From Leptogorgia sarmentosa (Eukaryota): a stretch of DNA of 64,000 nt. Positions 46,201 through 58,790 of the stretch are shown piece after piece; within the stretch, counting starts at the first letter, position 1, and each line of letters starts with the position of its first letter. The DNA lies in the NCBI GenBank assembly GCA_964658305.1, contig OZ210885.1:11036001-11100000 (forward strand), in the 5' to 3' direction. A program made the position numbers and the translations under genes. The notes below the pieces were generated by a model, which worked only from the letters and a program-made list of their open reading frames with translations, ran no database searches and was not told where the DNA came from.

Positions 46201-46725
46201 ACAAGAATCTCTCCAGTATAAATAGCATATTATAACCCAGCAAAATTTGAGGAAGCTACAGCCCGCTCTAGGCCATGGGCTCTGCTGCGCTTGTAGAAAA
46301 TAGTTGGGATTTTGAAGGTCAAGTATGTTGGATATTATTGTAGCTACGATCTTTTCAGTGATGTGAGATAAAGCAAAACAGAAAAACGATGTAATAAATG
46401 TTTTGGTGATTGTAATAAATGTAGTGGTGTCCAAAAGAATGAGGTCCTAGTTGTTATGGAAAAATCGCATTGGGAACATTTCTTTGAAGCCGCGACACAT
46501 GAAATGAAAACTGATATTTGATACGAATTGCGTTTATAATGTGCTAGACTGACACAGCGAGCTAGCAACCGAAATGTTTTGAATTGCATGAAGCGCATAA
46601 AACGTCTTTAAGGCAACATGAATGCTCACTCCAATAGCTGCACTTAGGGATGGAAAATAACCACTCATTCAATGTCGTCTATCAATCACGTTATTCATTT
46701 ATAAGTAGAAGTGCTAAATCTTCTA
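43231..46725 (+). repeat. Local diverged direct duplications of non-coding DNA
   Basis: 43231-43316 matches 46223-46305; 43897-44315 matches 46311-46725; 43367-43550 matches 45140-45322 (more diverged). Confidence 0.75.
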
Positions 46726-48103
46726 GATCTAGTCTGGCTCATTTCGAAAGCAAATATTTGTGTGAACGCCAATCAGAACAAATATTTGTACGGATTCGTT
46801 CCAGTTTCCTTTTATCGTTGACACATCATTTAAGCCATTTGTATACGTTTAATATAGCGCAGTTGTCTGAAAATTAATCATTTTGTATTTCTATTTACTA
46901 CAATACTATTGTTAACTATCTGGTGTGGAGATGCGTAAAATGGCTTTACTCGTGCTAAAATCCAATTTTCATCGAAATAGAAAACGAAAATTTATTGAAA
47001 TTGTCCAAGATACCTCACCAGCCCTATATGGCTGCAAGATTGGCTAAATGTGGCGCTGCCGCTGAAGTCCGAGCAACGCCCGAGCAAAGTCCGAGCAAAT
47101 CCGTACTCTGTCGAACAACGACTGAAATAATTGATCCGCACCGTGTAAATGGGGACCCAATGTGGCAAATATTTGTATCGGTACAAATACTTATCCGGAC
47201 AAAATTTTTATCTGGTGCCGTGTAAACGGGGACCGTAACCCCCGAGCTAGCGAAGCTCTGCAAAATTGCCGGTAAAAACCTTTTATATGAATAGATTTTG
47301 CAATACAACATAATAAAGTAAATGAATGCTTAGTAACCAAGCCGCGAAGTGATCCCAAAAAATTTATCTGCCGGCGCGAAGCGTCGTCCGGGCGTAAGCT
47401 AGGGGCGAGGCCGGGTAAAATTTCGGAACGGCCATTTACTCCAGAGCAAAGGACAAAACAAACTGTGGACAAGAAAGAGTGGACAGAATGTTTTTTCAAC
47501 GAGCAAATCAATTTTATCAATAATATATCATCATATATTTCTTAAAATACAATTTTTGTTCTTTCAGTTTACAATTTTTCGCAGAGGTTCACAACGCCCC
47601 GCTGCGAAAGCCGTATTACCCAATCGGATTGCTTCATTTTTACGAATAAAAATGATCATTATCAGACACATCGCAACTTGTTTCAATTGGTTCAAACTGA
47701 ACGGTTGTTAATAACGTCCTTAGGGACATGACGTTGACATGATAGTTAAGTTCAGAATGTTATATTAAAGATGCAGAAGACAACTACGATTTATTGGAGC
47801 ATTCCATGCAGCTAAAAATTTACTGTATGGAGAGACATACCAAAAATTAGAAAACAAATATATATATACTCTACTAAGGGCGCTTTCCATTACAGTCGCT
47901 TTGCCATCTCGTAAAAGTCAGTTGTACAGCGCGCACGCCAAGTAAGTTGAATAAAGCTCAGCTTGTGAGCGTGTCCCCGCGGGCAAAATCAGACAAGGAA
48001 CGCTAATATTCAACACCCTTAACGAAAAGTAAAACATGTTCGCTCAGCTCGCGCGGGCAAAGCGACATGAAGACATGAGCCTGACCAGAAAGGTCATAGA
48101 TTG

Positions 48104-51100
48104 TCATGGAACTATCACGTATTCAAGTTCTTTCGGAGAATCACTACTTCCAGTTCCATTGCTACTCATGTTTGGTGCAGAATGCTGTTGAAAATCTTTG
48201 TCTGGTTGTGCTTGATGTTTCTCAACAGTCAAACTTTGATAATTTGCAGCAATAGGAACTCTCTTCGATTTGTCAAGTTGTGCGTACGGCGATGGTTCTT
48301 CGTATCCACTTTGGGAATCTGGTATTTGCAGTAGATCTATACGTGGTGACAAGACGTCGTCATAACCAGTATTTTCATTATTCTCAATATTTCTCTGGTT
48401 TGTTCCAACTGTTTTTCTTTTGAAGAGGATACACACTGTGAAAATAACTACTGCCACTACAACCACAGCCGCGACTACGATTCCAATGATGATGCCGATG
48501 TTGATCGATGAACTTGGTTTAACTGTATATGAAAAATATTGAATTATTCTCTGGATCAAGTAGCTACTCTTGTTTCTCAGCTAACATCGCTTGATCTTGC
48601 ATATTATAAAAATAGGGGCCTATTGAGTGTTTCTGTTGCAGATTTAGAGGAATTAACTTTATTGAAAGTGGTGGAACACGTGTAACATTCATTTGAAGCG
48701 ATTAAAATTGGCAATTACAGAAAGAACGGTTAAGCTGCAGCCACTGTTGAATATCGTTAATTGGAATCGATTGTTTTTATGATCTGTGAACACTGGAATT
48801 GCAATCTAAAACTGTGTTTCATAACTTGTGTTCTATAACGGTGAAAAGAATGTCAATTGAAAAACTGAACTATAAAGTGTGTTTTTGTGTATTCCGTAAC
48901 ATGGTATGCATTTCGTGTTAAATGATCCACTTTCCGACATGCGAGATTCTACCTATCATTAGTTCAAGAATTATACAGGGTGTATGAAAATATCCCCTAA
49001 ACTAACGAACGCACGAAATTTGTAAAAACGTTCAGGTAACCTTAGCACTCTCTGGTTCATCTATCACTGAGTTATTTGAAAATCTACCTTTTTTAGAGTA
49101 GGAAATTTGATGGTGGAATTGGAAAGCTCTTTAAAAATGACTTGCGCACAAATTACTGAGTATTTCTTAGCAGTGTCGCATAATTCGCGTTCTCTGTGGT
49201 CGTTGGAGCATTCTGGCCCAGGGACTCTTTCATCATGTCTCTACCATTGTGTGACACCCGTTAAACAAAGACTTCAACAGGTAGTACCCGATATTTCTCA
49301 ATTGAGAACATGGGTAATGCCCACGCTGGACTATCGTCTAAGTAGCCTGGCCTGGTAAATTATGAACAGTGATTGCCCGGGTCTATAATCATATGCATTT
49401 ATCCAGGCCAGAGTGGTGAGCAGCGAGCTCGATTCAGCTCAAGTGGTAAAGCACGTGGTGCGTGCGTTGCAGTTCTATAGTTCAAGCCCCGGTTCGACAC
49501 ATTTTTTCAGCGTTAGTGATGAAAACTTTTTTTCCTCAATATTTTTCTAGGGTTTTGGTTTTGGATTAGTATATAGAAAAATGGTTTATATCTAACACTA
49601 CTATAACTATATCAAGAGTAATACTGAAACGCCGACCAGCAATCTCAGGCGATAGTCTAGCGTGGGCATTACCCGTGTTCTCAATTGAGAAATATTGGGT
49701 ACTACCCGTGAGGTCTTTGTTCAACGGCTGTGTATGATGTCCCCGTGTTGAATCGTCAAAAACGCTTGGTATCTTCAAGGTTGTATCGACGCATCCGGAC
49801 ATGCAGGAGGCCATCATATTTACATTGGCATCATACTACATGCAATCACATTGTATTTCCAGATTTTTTTTAAACAAAACTTACCAACACAGGAGCCTTT
49901 ACCATCTCCAAATAATCCTGGATTGCACGTGCACGTATATGATCCAATGTTGTTATCGCAAGTGGCATTCTGGTGACAAATAGATGTATTTTCACATTCG
50001 TCGATATCTAAACAAACATCGCTAACGCAATGTTAACGCCAACTAAAATACAGTAGTCTGGGATATCGGCTACAAGGCCATGTTCTGCGATGTTCTGGAC
50101 CACAAAGTCAAACTCGTACTGAACTCATGGCAAGAACTTAAAATTCTGCTACATACTGCAGCATCAATGAGAGAATTTGAGATCTCAATACGACATCATT
50201 CAATGCGACTGTTTGGTTACTTTTAGAAAACGTCTGAGATGCTTGGGACCCAAAAAGAAAGAGCAATGCTTACAGCGAAGATCACATACGAGCTCTACTG
50301 AAGAAATCTAATGTCCAGGACTATCTACCTACAGGGGTATTTGACATGCTTTGCGTCTACGACATGGAATGCATGTCAGACATCATTGTTTTGTTCAGTT
50401 GATCAGTGAAAGTAATTGCGATGGCGTTCAGTTCAAAAAAACCAGACGTCTGCATAGTAAGGGAGCTAATGTGTGCTGGCACTCATATGGTAGGATTATG
50501 TTGCTAATTTTAATAACAATTTGTAGTTGTACTTAATGTACGTTTCCACTATATTTTAGTCATCACAGAATAGATTATTTACCCAGATCATTAAAGTATT
50601 CGGTAATTCCGCCATTGTCTGTATATTGCCTTGACATTTACAGCGATTTTTGTGAGCAGTATTTTGAAGCAAAACTTACCAACACACGAATCTTTACCAT
50701 CCCCAGATAAGCCCGGATTGCACGTGCATGTATATGATCCAAAGTTGTTATTGCAAGTGGCATTCTGGTGACAGATAGATGTATTTTCACATTCGTCGAT
50801 ATCTAAACAAAGTTTTATAATTTGGAAATGACAACGCCCACTAAGTATTTGTCCGCATGCTAAATATATACGACTATAGCGTATTTTCTTAAACATACAC
50901 TTCGACTTTTGGCTTTTCCCGCAAAATCCATCACCATATCTCAAAAGTGCATTTTAGAATTGGTAAAAGTGCATTGTTTCGTTGCAACATGTTGTTAAAA
51001 TTAACGCGCAAAATATAAATGTGCATGAAAACAGGGGAATTTTTTCCATACATATCCAATAATATAGGAGGAATTTTTTTCACCACCTTTGAGCTGAAAA

Positions 51101-54100
51101 TGGTGCAGATTTCCTCACATAAAAGTATTGCACATATTCAAATTTTGCATGGCATTTACAACATTTCACTACCAAATTTAGCAATTTTACCAATTTTGAC
51201 AAACGATTTCTAGCTCTTGTGATGGATTTGTTCTTTTGGTCTAAAAAAATTCACCTCAAGCTACTAGGATTGTTTGACATCGTAGGCATGGCTGAAAATA
51301 TATTTGCTTTACACAGTTCACTCATCATACATAATTCCTTTGTCTCGAAGACGTTTTGCCAATAAAAATATCACTTCCTACAAGGTGTATCCATCCCAGC
51401 GGCAATCACAAAGGTCTTTAAGAAAACCAGCCAATGAGAATGCTATATGAACTACTGACATGATAACTGCGAAAAACATGGTCCAATTCAACTCATGCTC
51501 AATGTGAAACACAAACCTTCACAAAATATTCCATTTCCTGTTAATCCAGATTTACACTGGCAATCATACCCCCCGGGCTTATTTGTGCACGTGGCATACA
51601 CATGACAGTAACCACCGAGGCAACATTCATCCACATCTTGCATAAAATAAAAATAAAAGTTTATAAACATTGCAAAATTCGCCATAATACACGTGGGGAA
51701 AACAAAACTTACCATCAGCAGCAGCAACTGCACTTGTGGCTGCCCTGATGCTGTATGTTTCCAAAACCTCTTCACTTTCTTTGTCAATTATGTCAAGTTC
51801 AGCACTAGTTGGATTGAGAACATACAGGTATCTTTCGCCTTGGGCAAGTTTAATGGCAGCTATTGGTCCAGCGTATTCTGTTAATTGGACTGTTGTTTGA
51901 TTGTAATATGTCTTCATCACTTCGTAAGTATCGCTACCACTTATGTAATTCGTCCAATAAACCACTTCCTTAGCCTCATCGACGCTAACATCTCCAGGAA
52001 AACCACCAGCTGGAACAAATTCTGATGCCGTAGAGAGATTGTATCGTCCAATATCGCCATGATTGTCAGAGTTGGAAAAATATAACACGCTGTAAGACAA
52101 CATCAAAAAATCAAAAAAATGATATTCCATGAGGAAGGGATAAAGAAAATTATAAAGGAAATCTGATTGCATTTTAAAGGATCCAGAAGTTATGTAAAAC
52201 GAATAGCCTGAATACTCACCTGTTAAACAAAGACCTCAACGGATAGTACCCGATATTTCTCAATTGAGAACATGGGTAATGCCCACGCTGGACTATCGTC
52301 TAAGTAGCCTGGCCTGGTAAATTATGAACAGTGATTGCCCGGGTCTATAATCCTATGCATTTAGCCAGGCCAGAGTGGTGAACAGCGAGCTGGATTTAGC
52401 TCAAGTGGCAAGGCACGCGGTGCGTGCGTTGCAGTTTGATAGTTCAAGCCCCCAGTTCGACACATTTTTTCAGAATTAGTGATTAAAACATTTTTTTCTC
52501 GATATTTTTCCCACCAGTCAGGGTTAGGATTCTAGGGTTTGGGTTGGGATTAAGGAAATTCTTATTATATAGAAAAATGGTTTATATCTAACACTAATAT
52601 AACTATATCAACAGTAATACTGAAACGCCGACCAGCAATCTTAGGCGATAGTCCAGCGTGGGCATTACCCGTGTTCTTAATTGAGAAATATTGGGTACTA
52701 CCCGTTGAGGTCTTTGTTCAACGGCTAGAATACTACAGTAGCTATATGGTTGACAATACAAAGACACTATGATAATAATAATAAATAAATGGAATCTTCA
52801 TTGGAATTCTTAAACAAAAATTATTATAAATCTCACTAGTTTATATGTAAATTATGTTGATTACTTGAACCTATATAGCTATTTATGGTTCACAAATCAA
52901 ACTGATTAAAAAATAATTTAGGAATGTATAATTATAAGATTTGTAGTAATACTAGATTCGTCCAGTCTATTTCCGCAACTAAATACATACGTTATTTATT
53001 GCTCTTATCGCGATGGACATAATACAATAATGTTTTTTTCTCAAAAGAGCAATATTGACCAGAAAGCATAGCTTTACACCAATTGAAGTTTCAATTAGTG
53101 CAAAATGACAAAGTGAAACGTACCGCGAGACTGCATCAAAATCAAGATCTCTTACGCCAGTAGCGTCAGGGATGATATTGGAAATGTCTGAGCTGTCTGA
53201 TATTGGAAATCTCTTCAAATCGTTGTTAACCACACTTTTGTAATAAATGTATCTCGCTGTATGATCAATGGTAAAAGCATCAATGTCGATGCCCGATGAA
53301 ATTACTGTTTGATTATTTCCATCCAATTTCATAGTGTATAAAATATTGCCATCGTCAGTAAAATACAGCATTCCTTTAGTCAATTTATCATATTCCAGTT
53401 TTGCATTCGTAGCAGATGCTATCGTCGTGATGCTCAACCCGTTGCTTACGACATAAATTTCAGAAGCAGTAGCCAAGTATATTGAGTCTATATAACACTT
53501 CGGATCTGAAGGAATCAAAATAACTTTAACCGATTAAAAGATTTAAAATGTTCAAAATTTAGTCCCTGTAAATAATGAAGTTATATGGATTGTGTAGTGC
53601 AACTTTTTCACACCGCACTTACAATACCCAAAGTTGGCAGAAGATTGATTAGCAGTCAATCTATTTTTAATCCAGCAAAACAATCGTCTCATTTTTCAAA
53701 CTGACGGCCTAAAGGCCGTTTCGCCCACGCTGCTGGGTAGGTTAGTACGACTGAAAGTAGATATCCACGCTGGGAGGTTCATATCTGCTGCGTATAGAAA
53801 TGAAAATCTCTAAACATATACATTTTACATCAGTGCAGAAGGCCATTACTAACACATACCTTCACAGACAGTTCCATTTCCTAAAAAACCGCTATTACAA
53901 GAACAAGTAAACGAACCAATGGTATTAGTACATGTAGCATTCAAGTGGCAATCATTACCATTTGCACATTCGTCAATGTCTATAAATGCAAAAAAAACAA
54001 AACTTCGCAAACTATGCCCAGAAAAGTAATTATACTACAGCTGAAGAATAGAGGGTTTGTATAGTTGTGTATACATTTTTCAAAATATTTTTGTTTTTTA

Positions 54101-55783
54101 AGTTTTTTAACAGTGTAGGGGCAATAGAGGAACTGTTAAAATTTTGCGACATCAGTAAAGTTTTGCTTGATGCCAGAAATGCACTCTGGTAAAAAGCACA
54201 TGCTGCCAACTTTTCCGTAATCATTGATTAAAGTCAGTACTACATTTATCACTACCACATGCAAATAGGTCCATTGATTTTATCACCGGCACTTGTTCAT
54301 TAAAATACCAAATTTACAAGCGGTTCAAGTCGCATGTCTTGGTAAGAGCAGCTTTTTTTCTGACAGCAATCCTTTAGAAAAGATATACTATTTACATACA
54401 CACAGTACAGGTGGAATAATCTTACCATTTGTGCCAATTATTTCTTTCGCTCCCGCAAAAACTATGAAGTTTTGAACAATTGTATCGGTTGCTTTGTCAA
54501 ACTTACGAACGACAGATTGAGTTGAATCAAGTACATAATAGTAATTTCCAATTTGCGTAATTGCCGGTCGCCCAGATTGTCCAAATGAACTGCTGATAAC
54601 CGTCGTATTACCATTGTAATCCGTCTTTCGTAACATCAAAGTTTTATCAGGGTTATAACTGATCCAGTAAATGATCCGGTTGCGACGATCCAGTGTTAAC
54701 CTGATAGATGAGCTGTTAGCGTTGAACAACGTCCTCACTTCTCCACTGGTAATATTATAAACAACCAAATCTCTCTCGGAGGTGTCATCGGCAGCAAAGA
54801 ATAACAGCCTGGTGATAACGGTTATGACAAACTTTCCAACACATTCTACATTTTGTTTTACATTTTGAAATATACATTTTTAATTATATCTATTGATTTT
54901 TATATTTTATTCATTATACACTTGCGAGTTACACCAGGTAGAATACATCTTGATGTTTTATGCTCAATGAAGAACATAAAAGGGCTATTGGGGACAAATG
55001 GATGCAACAAACAATGCGCTCAATTCCACACATAATATCATTGTTGTCAATTTCCTGGACGCTGATTGGCTAAAAAGCTTCAACAACTGTGCAAATTAAT
55101 CTTTAATTTGCACAGTATGCAAATTAAACTTAATTGCACGGTTTCGAGCCCGCGATACATTATAAAAACAAATAAATAAACGATTAAATCAACGCCAAAA
55201 TTCTTGTTTTTTTTGTCATTTATTGTCAACTTTGGACAAAAAAGGTTAGTGGACGTGTACTACAATGATATTAATAACGAAATTACACTTGCTCTTCACG
55301 CGTGCAATTTTTCATTAATACTTCTCGAACCGTGTAATTTCCTATACTAATTTAGCACAAAATTAAAATTTCATGAAAAATTTCTTTATATTTGCAATAC
55401 TTACTGCATCATAGGATCCACTTGAATATCGGTCAGATCTTCGTTTCCGTCAGTGAGCAATTCCGTTAGACCTGTTCCATCAAAGTTTCTCGAGTTGCTG
55501 TAATCAGTTGCTGCGGAGACAAAGTAGATTTTTTTGTTCTCATCATCAACAGTGAATCGTTTTACGCCTCCACCAATTCTAAACAAATTCTGGATATCAG
55601 AACCATCCAGCTTCATTGATTGCAACGCCGTTGTCACTTCATCGAAAACGTAGAGTCTTCTTGTGCTAACATGGTAACCCAACTTCGAATTGATTGCCGA
55701 GCGGATGACAGTACTTGCCCCACCACTTGATGGCACATACATAACATGAGTAGCATTCGCATAAACAATATACTCTAGTTCAC
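48104..55783 (-). CDS. Type I membrane protein: two YWTD-like beta-propellers, four Ca-binding EGF repeats, TM helix, Tyr-motif tail; 5' end unresolved
   Basis: Exons 55783-55405, 54808-54426, 53979-53860 (EGF), 53505-53124, 52089-51713, 51636-51517 (EGF), 50802-50680 (EGF), 50007-49885 (EGF) and 48522-48104, all phase-consistent. DIDEC..C..NATC.N..GSY.C.C..G..G.G repeats; IIYWIS/VVYWTN motifs; TM IGIIIGIVVAAVVVVAVVIFTVCILF followed by KRK. Confidence 0.85.
49255..49730 (+). mobile_element. MITE family A copy (tRNA-like + telomere-like core)
   Basis: cacccgttaaacaaagac..gtctttgttcaacggctg; TSD tgtgtga/tgtatga (7 bp, 1 mismatch). Confidence 0.85.
52217..52727 (+). mobile_element. MITE family A copy (tRNA-like + telomere-like core)
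   Basis: cacctgttaaacaaagacc..ggtctttgttcaacggcta; TSD gaatact. Confidence 0.85.
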
Positions 55784-56458
55784 CTGAAATTTGAAAACGA
55801 TTATCTCAAAACTCATTTGAGGATGATGGAATCGCCACAATGACAATACAGCGTTTAAAAAATCTCCAAACGTGAGGATTTTAAAAAGCACGAAGGAAAA
55901 TTCGGAGAAAAACAAAAAATTTACCTATTTTACTTGGGTTATCTGGTGTTGAAGTGTTCCCAAAATTTGTCGAGGATTCAAAATAGAGACGAAAATGAAT
56001 TGCTTATACTAGTGCATTGTCAGTGAAAACAGATACGCAGTGAATGTGGAACCTAAAGGCCCGTTTACACCGGAGATATTTTGCTGCGAATTTCTCATTT
56101 TGAACGATGCGAAGGAGTTGATGAGAAATAAATGTTCCAAATAATGGAAACTGATAACAACATTGATAAGAAATCTACTCCTTCACATCATTCACCAGAA
56201 GAAAACCGCTCCTGAAATCGCAGCAGAATCACCGGTGTGAACAGGCCTTAACAACTGCATGCAAATTATAGAAACTTACAACTTGGAATTGGAATTATGC
56301 AAGTACGTTAACCAAAGGTGAGTGTTGATAAATCGATTGTACGAAATGACTAAAGGATTTCTTTCGCCTTAGGACACATATTTTTCTCTTCTTTTTGCGA
56401 AGAATGACTGTTGTTTCGGCTGGTAGTTGGTAAATTTTCATTGCATGGTGTTTCTATA

Positions 56459-57239
56459 CAGGGTGTATCAAAAAAAAGTTTACTGATGAAAAACATTCTC
56501 TAAACTAACGAGCGCTCAAAATTTCCAAAAACTTTCGGTTAGCCTGGGTAGTTTAACACCCTCTGGTATATCTAGCACTGAGTTTATTTTAAAAACAAAC
56601 TTTTTTATAATGTAAAATGTGGTTACTGAAAGGCCCATTAAAAACGACTTGCGCGGAAAAAATAAGTTTTCTTCACGCAATTTGATTTAATCGGTTGAAA
56701 ATATGGAGTATGATATACAAGCTATTAAAGTTTTGAGAAATTTGGTGTACGCTGAGACGAACGTGCTATGTCCGAAAACTGGATTTTGCGTTCTTTCCTG
56801 CGTGATTACCGATTAATTTATGCATAATTGGATATTTGCATTAATTACCAATGCAAATTGCAAGCTAATTCCCAAAGGTCCGTAATTACGCGAAGAAATT
56901 GCGGAAAATCCAGTTTTCGGACATCGCACGTTCGCGTCTCAGCGTGCACCAAATTTCTTAAAACTTGAATAGCTTAATTGTATATCATACTCCATATTTT
57001 CATCCGATTAAATCAAATTGTGTGAAGAAAACTTATTTTTTCCGCGCAAGCCGTTTTTAATGGGCGTTTCAGTAACCACATTTCCCATCCTAAGAAAGTT
57101 TGTTTTTAAAATAAACTTAGTGCTAGATATACCAGAGGGTGTTAAACTACCCAGGCTAACCGAAAGTTTTTGGAAATTTTGAGCGGCCGTTAGTTTAGAG
57201 AATGTTTTTCATCAGTAAACTTTTTTTTTATACACCCTG
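56459..57239. mobile_element. Foldback Tc1/mariner-type MITE
   Basis: ta|cagggtgtatcaaaaaaaagtttactgatg...tacaccctg|ta, almost entirely palindromic. A related partial end lies near 48975-49195. Confidence 0.88.
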
Positions 57240-57349
57240 TAGAATGGTTATTAGCGGCATGCCAACTTTTCCTTTCCCACTCTTTCTGTCTATTTTATGC
57301 TCAAAACTCGATTATAAATCATTTTACACAAAGTTACGTAAAGAAGTTC

Positions 57350-58790
57350 TTTATTTATTTTATTTATTTATTTATTTAAAAATATTTAAACACGGTAGCC
57401 TTTCAGCTGAAAAATGTACAAATAATAAGTGCTGATTTTCAAAGGGCCGTGTATTTACGACTACTTACATATCTACTATAAAAATTTAAACAAACTATAT
57501 AATATACACACTACTTAACTACAATTTCTAACGCTACTAATTATTTCAACTCTCTTAGTTTTACTTTGCGAATTCCAGATTTTGGCGGCCGCATAACTAA
57601 AGGATCTTTTCATTGCATTTGTATTTGGTTTTGATAGCCCCAGCACCAAGTCATTGCTCCGAAGATTATAGTTGTCATTATCACTAACATGAAACATTTG
57701 ATTAATCCCTTCAGGACATTTTTTAAAAAGAGCCTGTGTAACATAATTGATAGTTTGCGAGTTTCGTCTATCCTGGAGATTGTTCCATCCTAACTTTTTG
57801 AGAATGTCACTCGATCGAATATCATAATTATCTCCAGTTATAACTCTTGCCGCTCTGTTTTGTAACTTTTGTACTTTATCTTTTAACGTCTGACTACAAT
57901 TATCCCAGACAAGAGAACAATAATCAAAATACGGGAGAACTAAGGAACAATACATTAGTTCTAACGTATCTTGTGAAACATATTTTTTTACGCGTCTAAT
58001 AATTCCAATAGCTCTTGACACCTTGGTGCTGATACTATCAATTTGTTCTTTCCACCTTAAGTGCTCATCAATTATAACCCCTAAACTTTTGGTAGCGTTT
58101 GTGCGGGTAATTTCCTTACCTCCAAGCTTTATTTTAATTTCACTCTGGTTCTGAATGTTGCTAAGCTTCTTATATGATCCAATGATCATATATTCGGTCT
58201 TCTCAACATTCAGAGTTAATTTATTTGCAACTAGCCAATCATGTACTAATTCTAACTCACAATTTAATTTCATCTCTACATCAGTAGCTGAGGTTCCCGT
58301 CACAGATAGGTTAGTATCATCCGCATACATAGCAGGCATAGATTTATTTAGGCAATTTGGCAAGTCATTTACATATAAAAGGAATAATAAAGGGCCCAAG
58401 TTAGACCCTTGTGGAACACCGCATGATACGTATTTGGATGATGAGGTGACATTATTTACTCTACATACTTGTGTTCTTCTATCTAAATATGAGGAAAGCA
58501 ATGCTAGCGCATTATTTCTAATTCCGTATAATTCTAGTTTTCTGATTAAAATCTGGTGGTCAACTGTGTCAAATGCCTTTTTGAGATCGAGGAAAAGAAC
58601 TCCATTAATTAGGCCAGAATCCATATTAATAAGCCAAGAGTTTGTCGTGCTAAGTAGAGAAGATGTGGTGGAATGGCCTTTCCTAAATCCTGATTGAGAT
58701 TTAGTCAAAATATTTTCCCTTCTCAAATAGCCATTTAGTTGATCACTCATCAATTTTTCAAATACTTTAGCAGCGACAGACAAGACTGAT
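57350..58790 (-). mobile_element. 5'-truncated non-LTR retrotransposon (CR1/L2 group)
   Basis: ORF 58837-57515 with QSGFRKGHST, FLDLKKAFDTVDH, GVPQGSNLGPLLF and YADDT. (TAAA)n tail at about 57350-57378. No endonuclease domain present. Confidence 0.92.

Noticed and set aside
49423..49500. tRNA-like segments inside MITEs as genuine tRNA genes
   Set aside because: A/B-box-like motifs are present, but no consistent cloverleaf or anticodon across copies; treated as tRNA-derived cargo.
58155..58697. 180-aa plus-strand ORF, and similar ORFs opposite DIRS, Penelope and Harbinger genes
   Set aside because: Antisense shadows of real TE coding frames.
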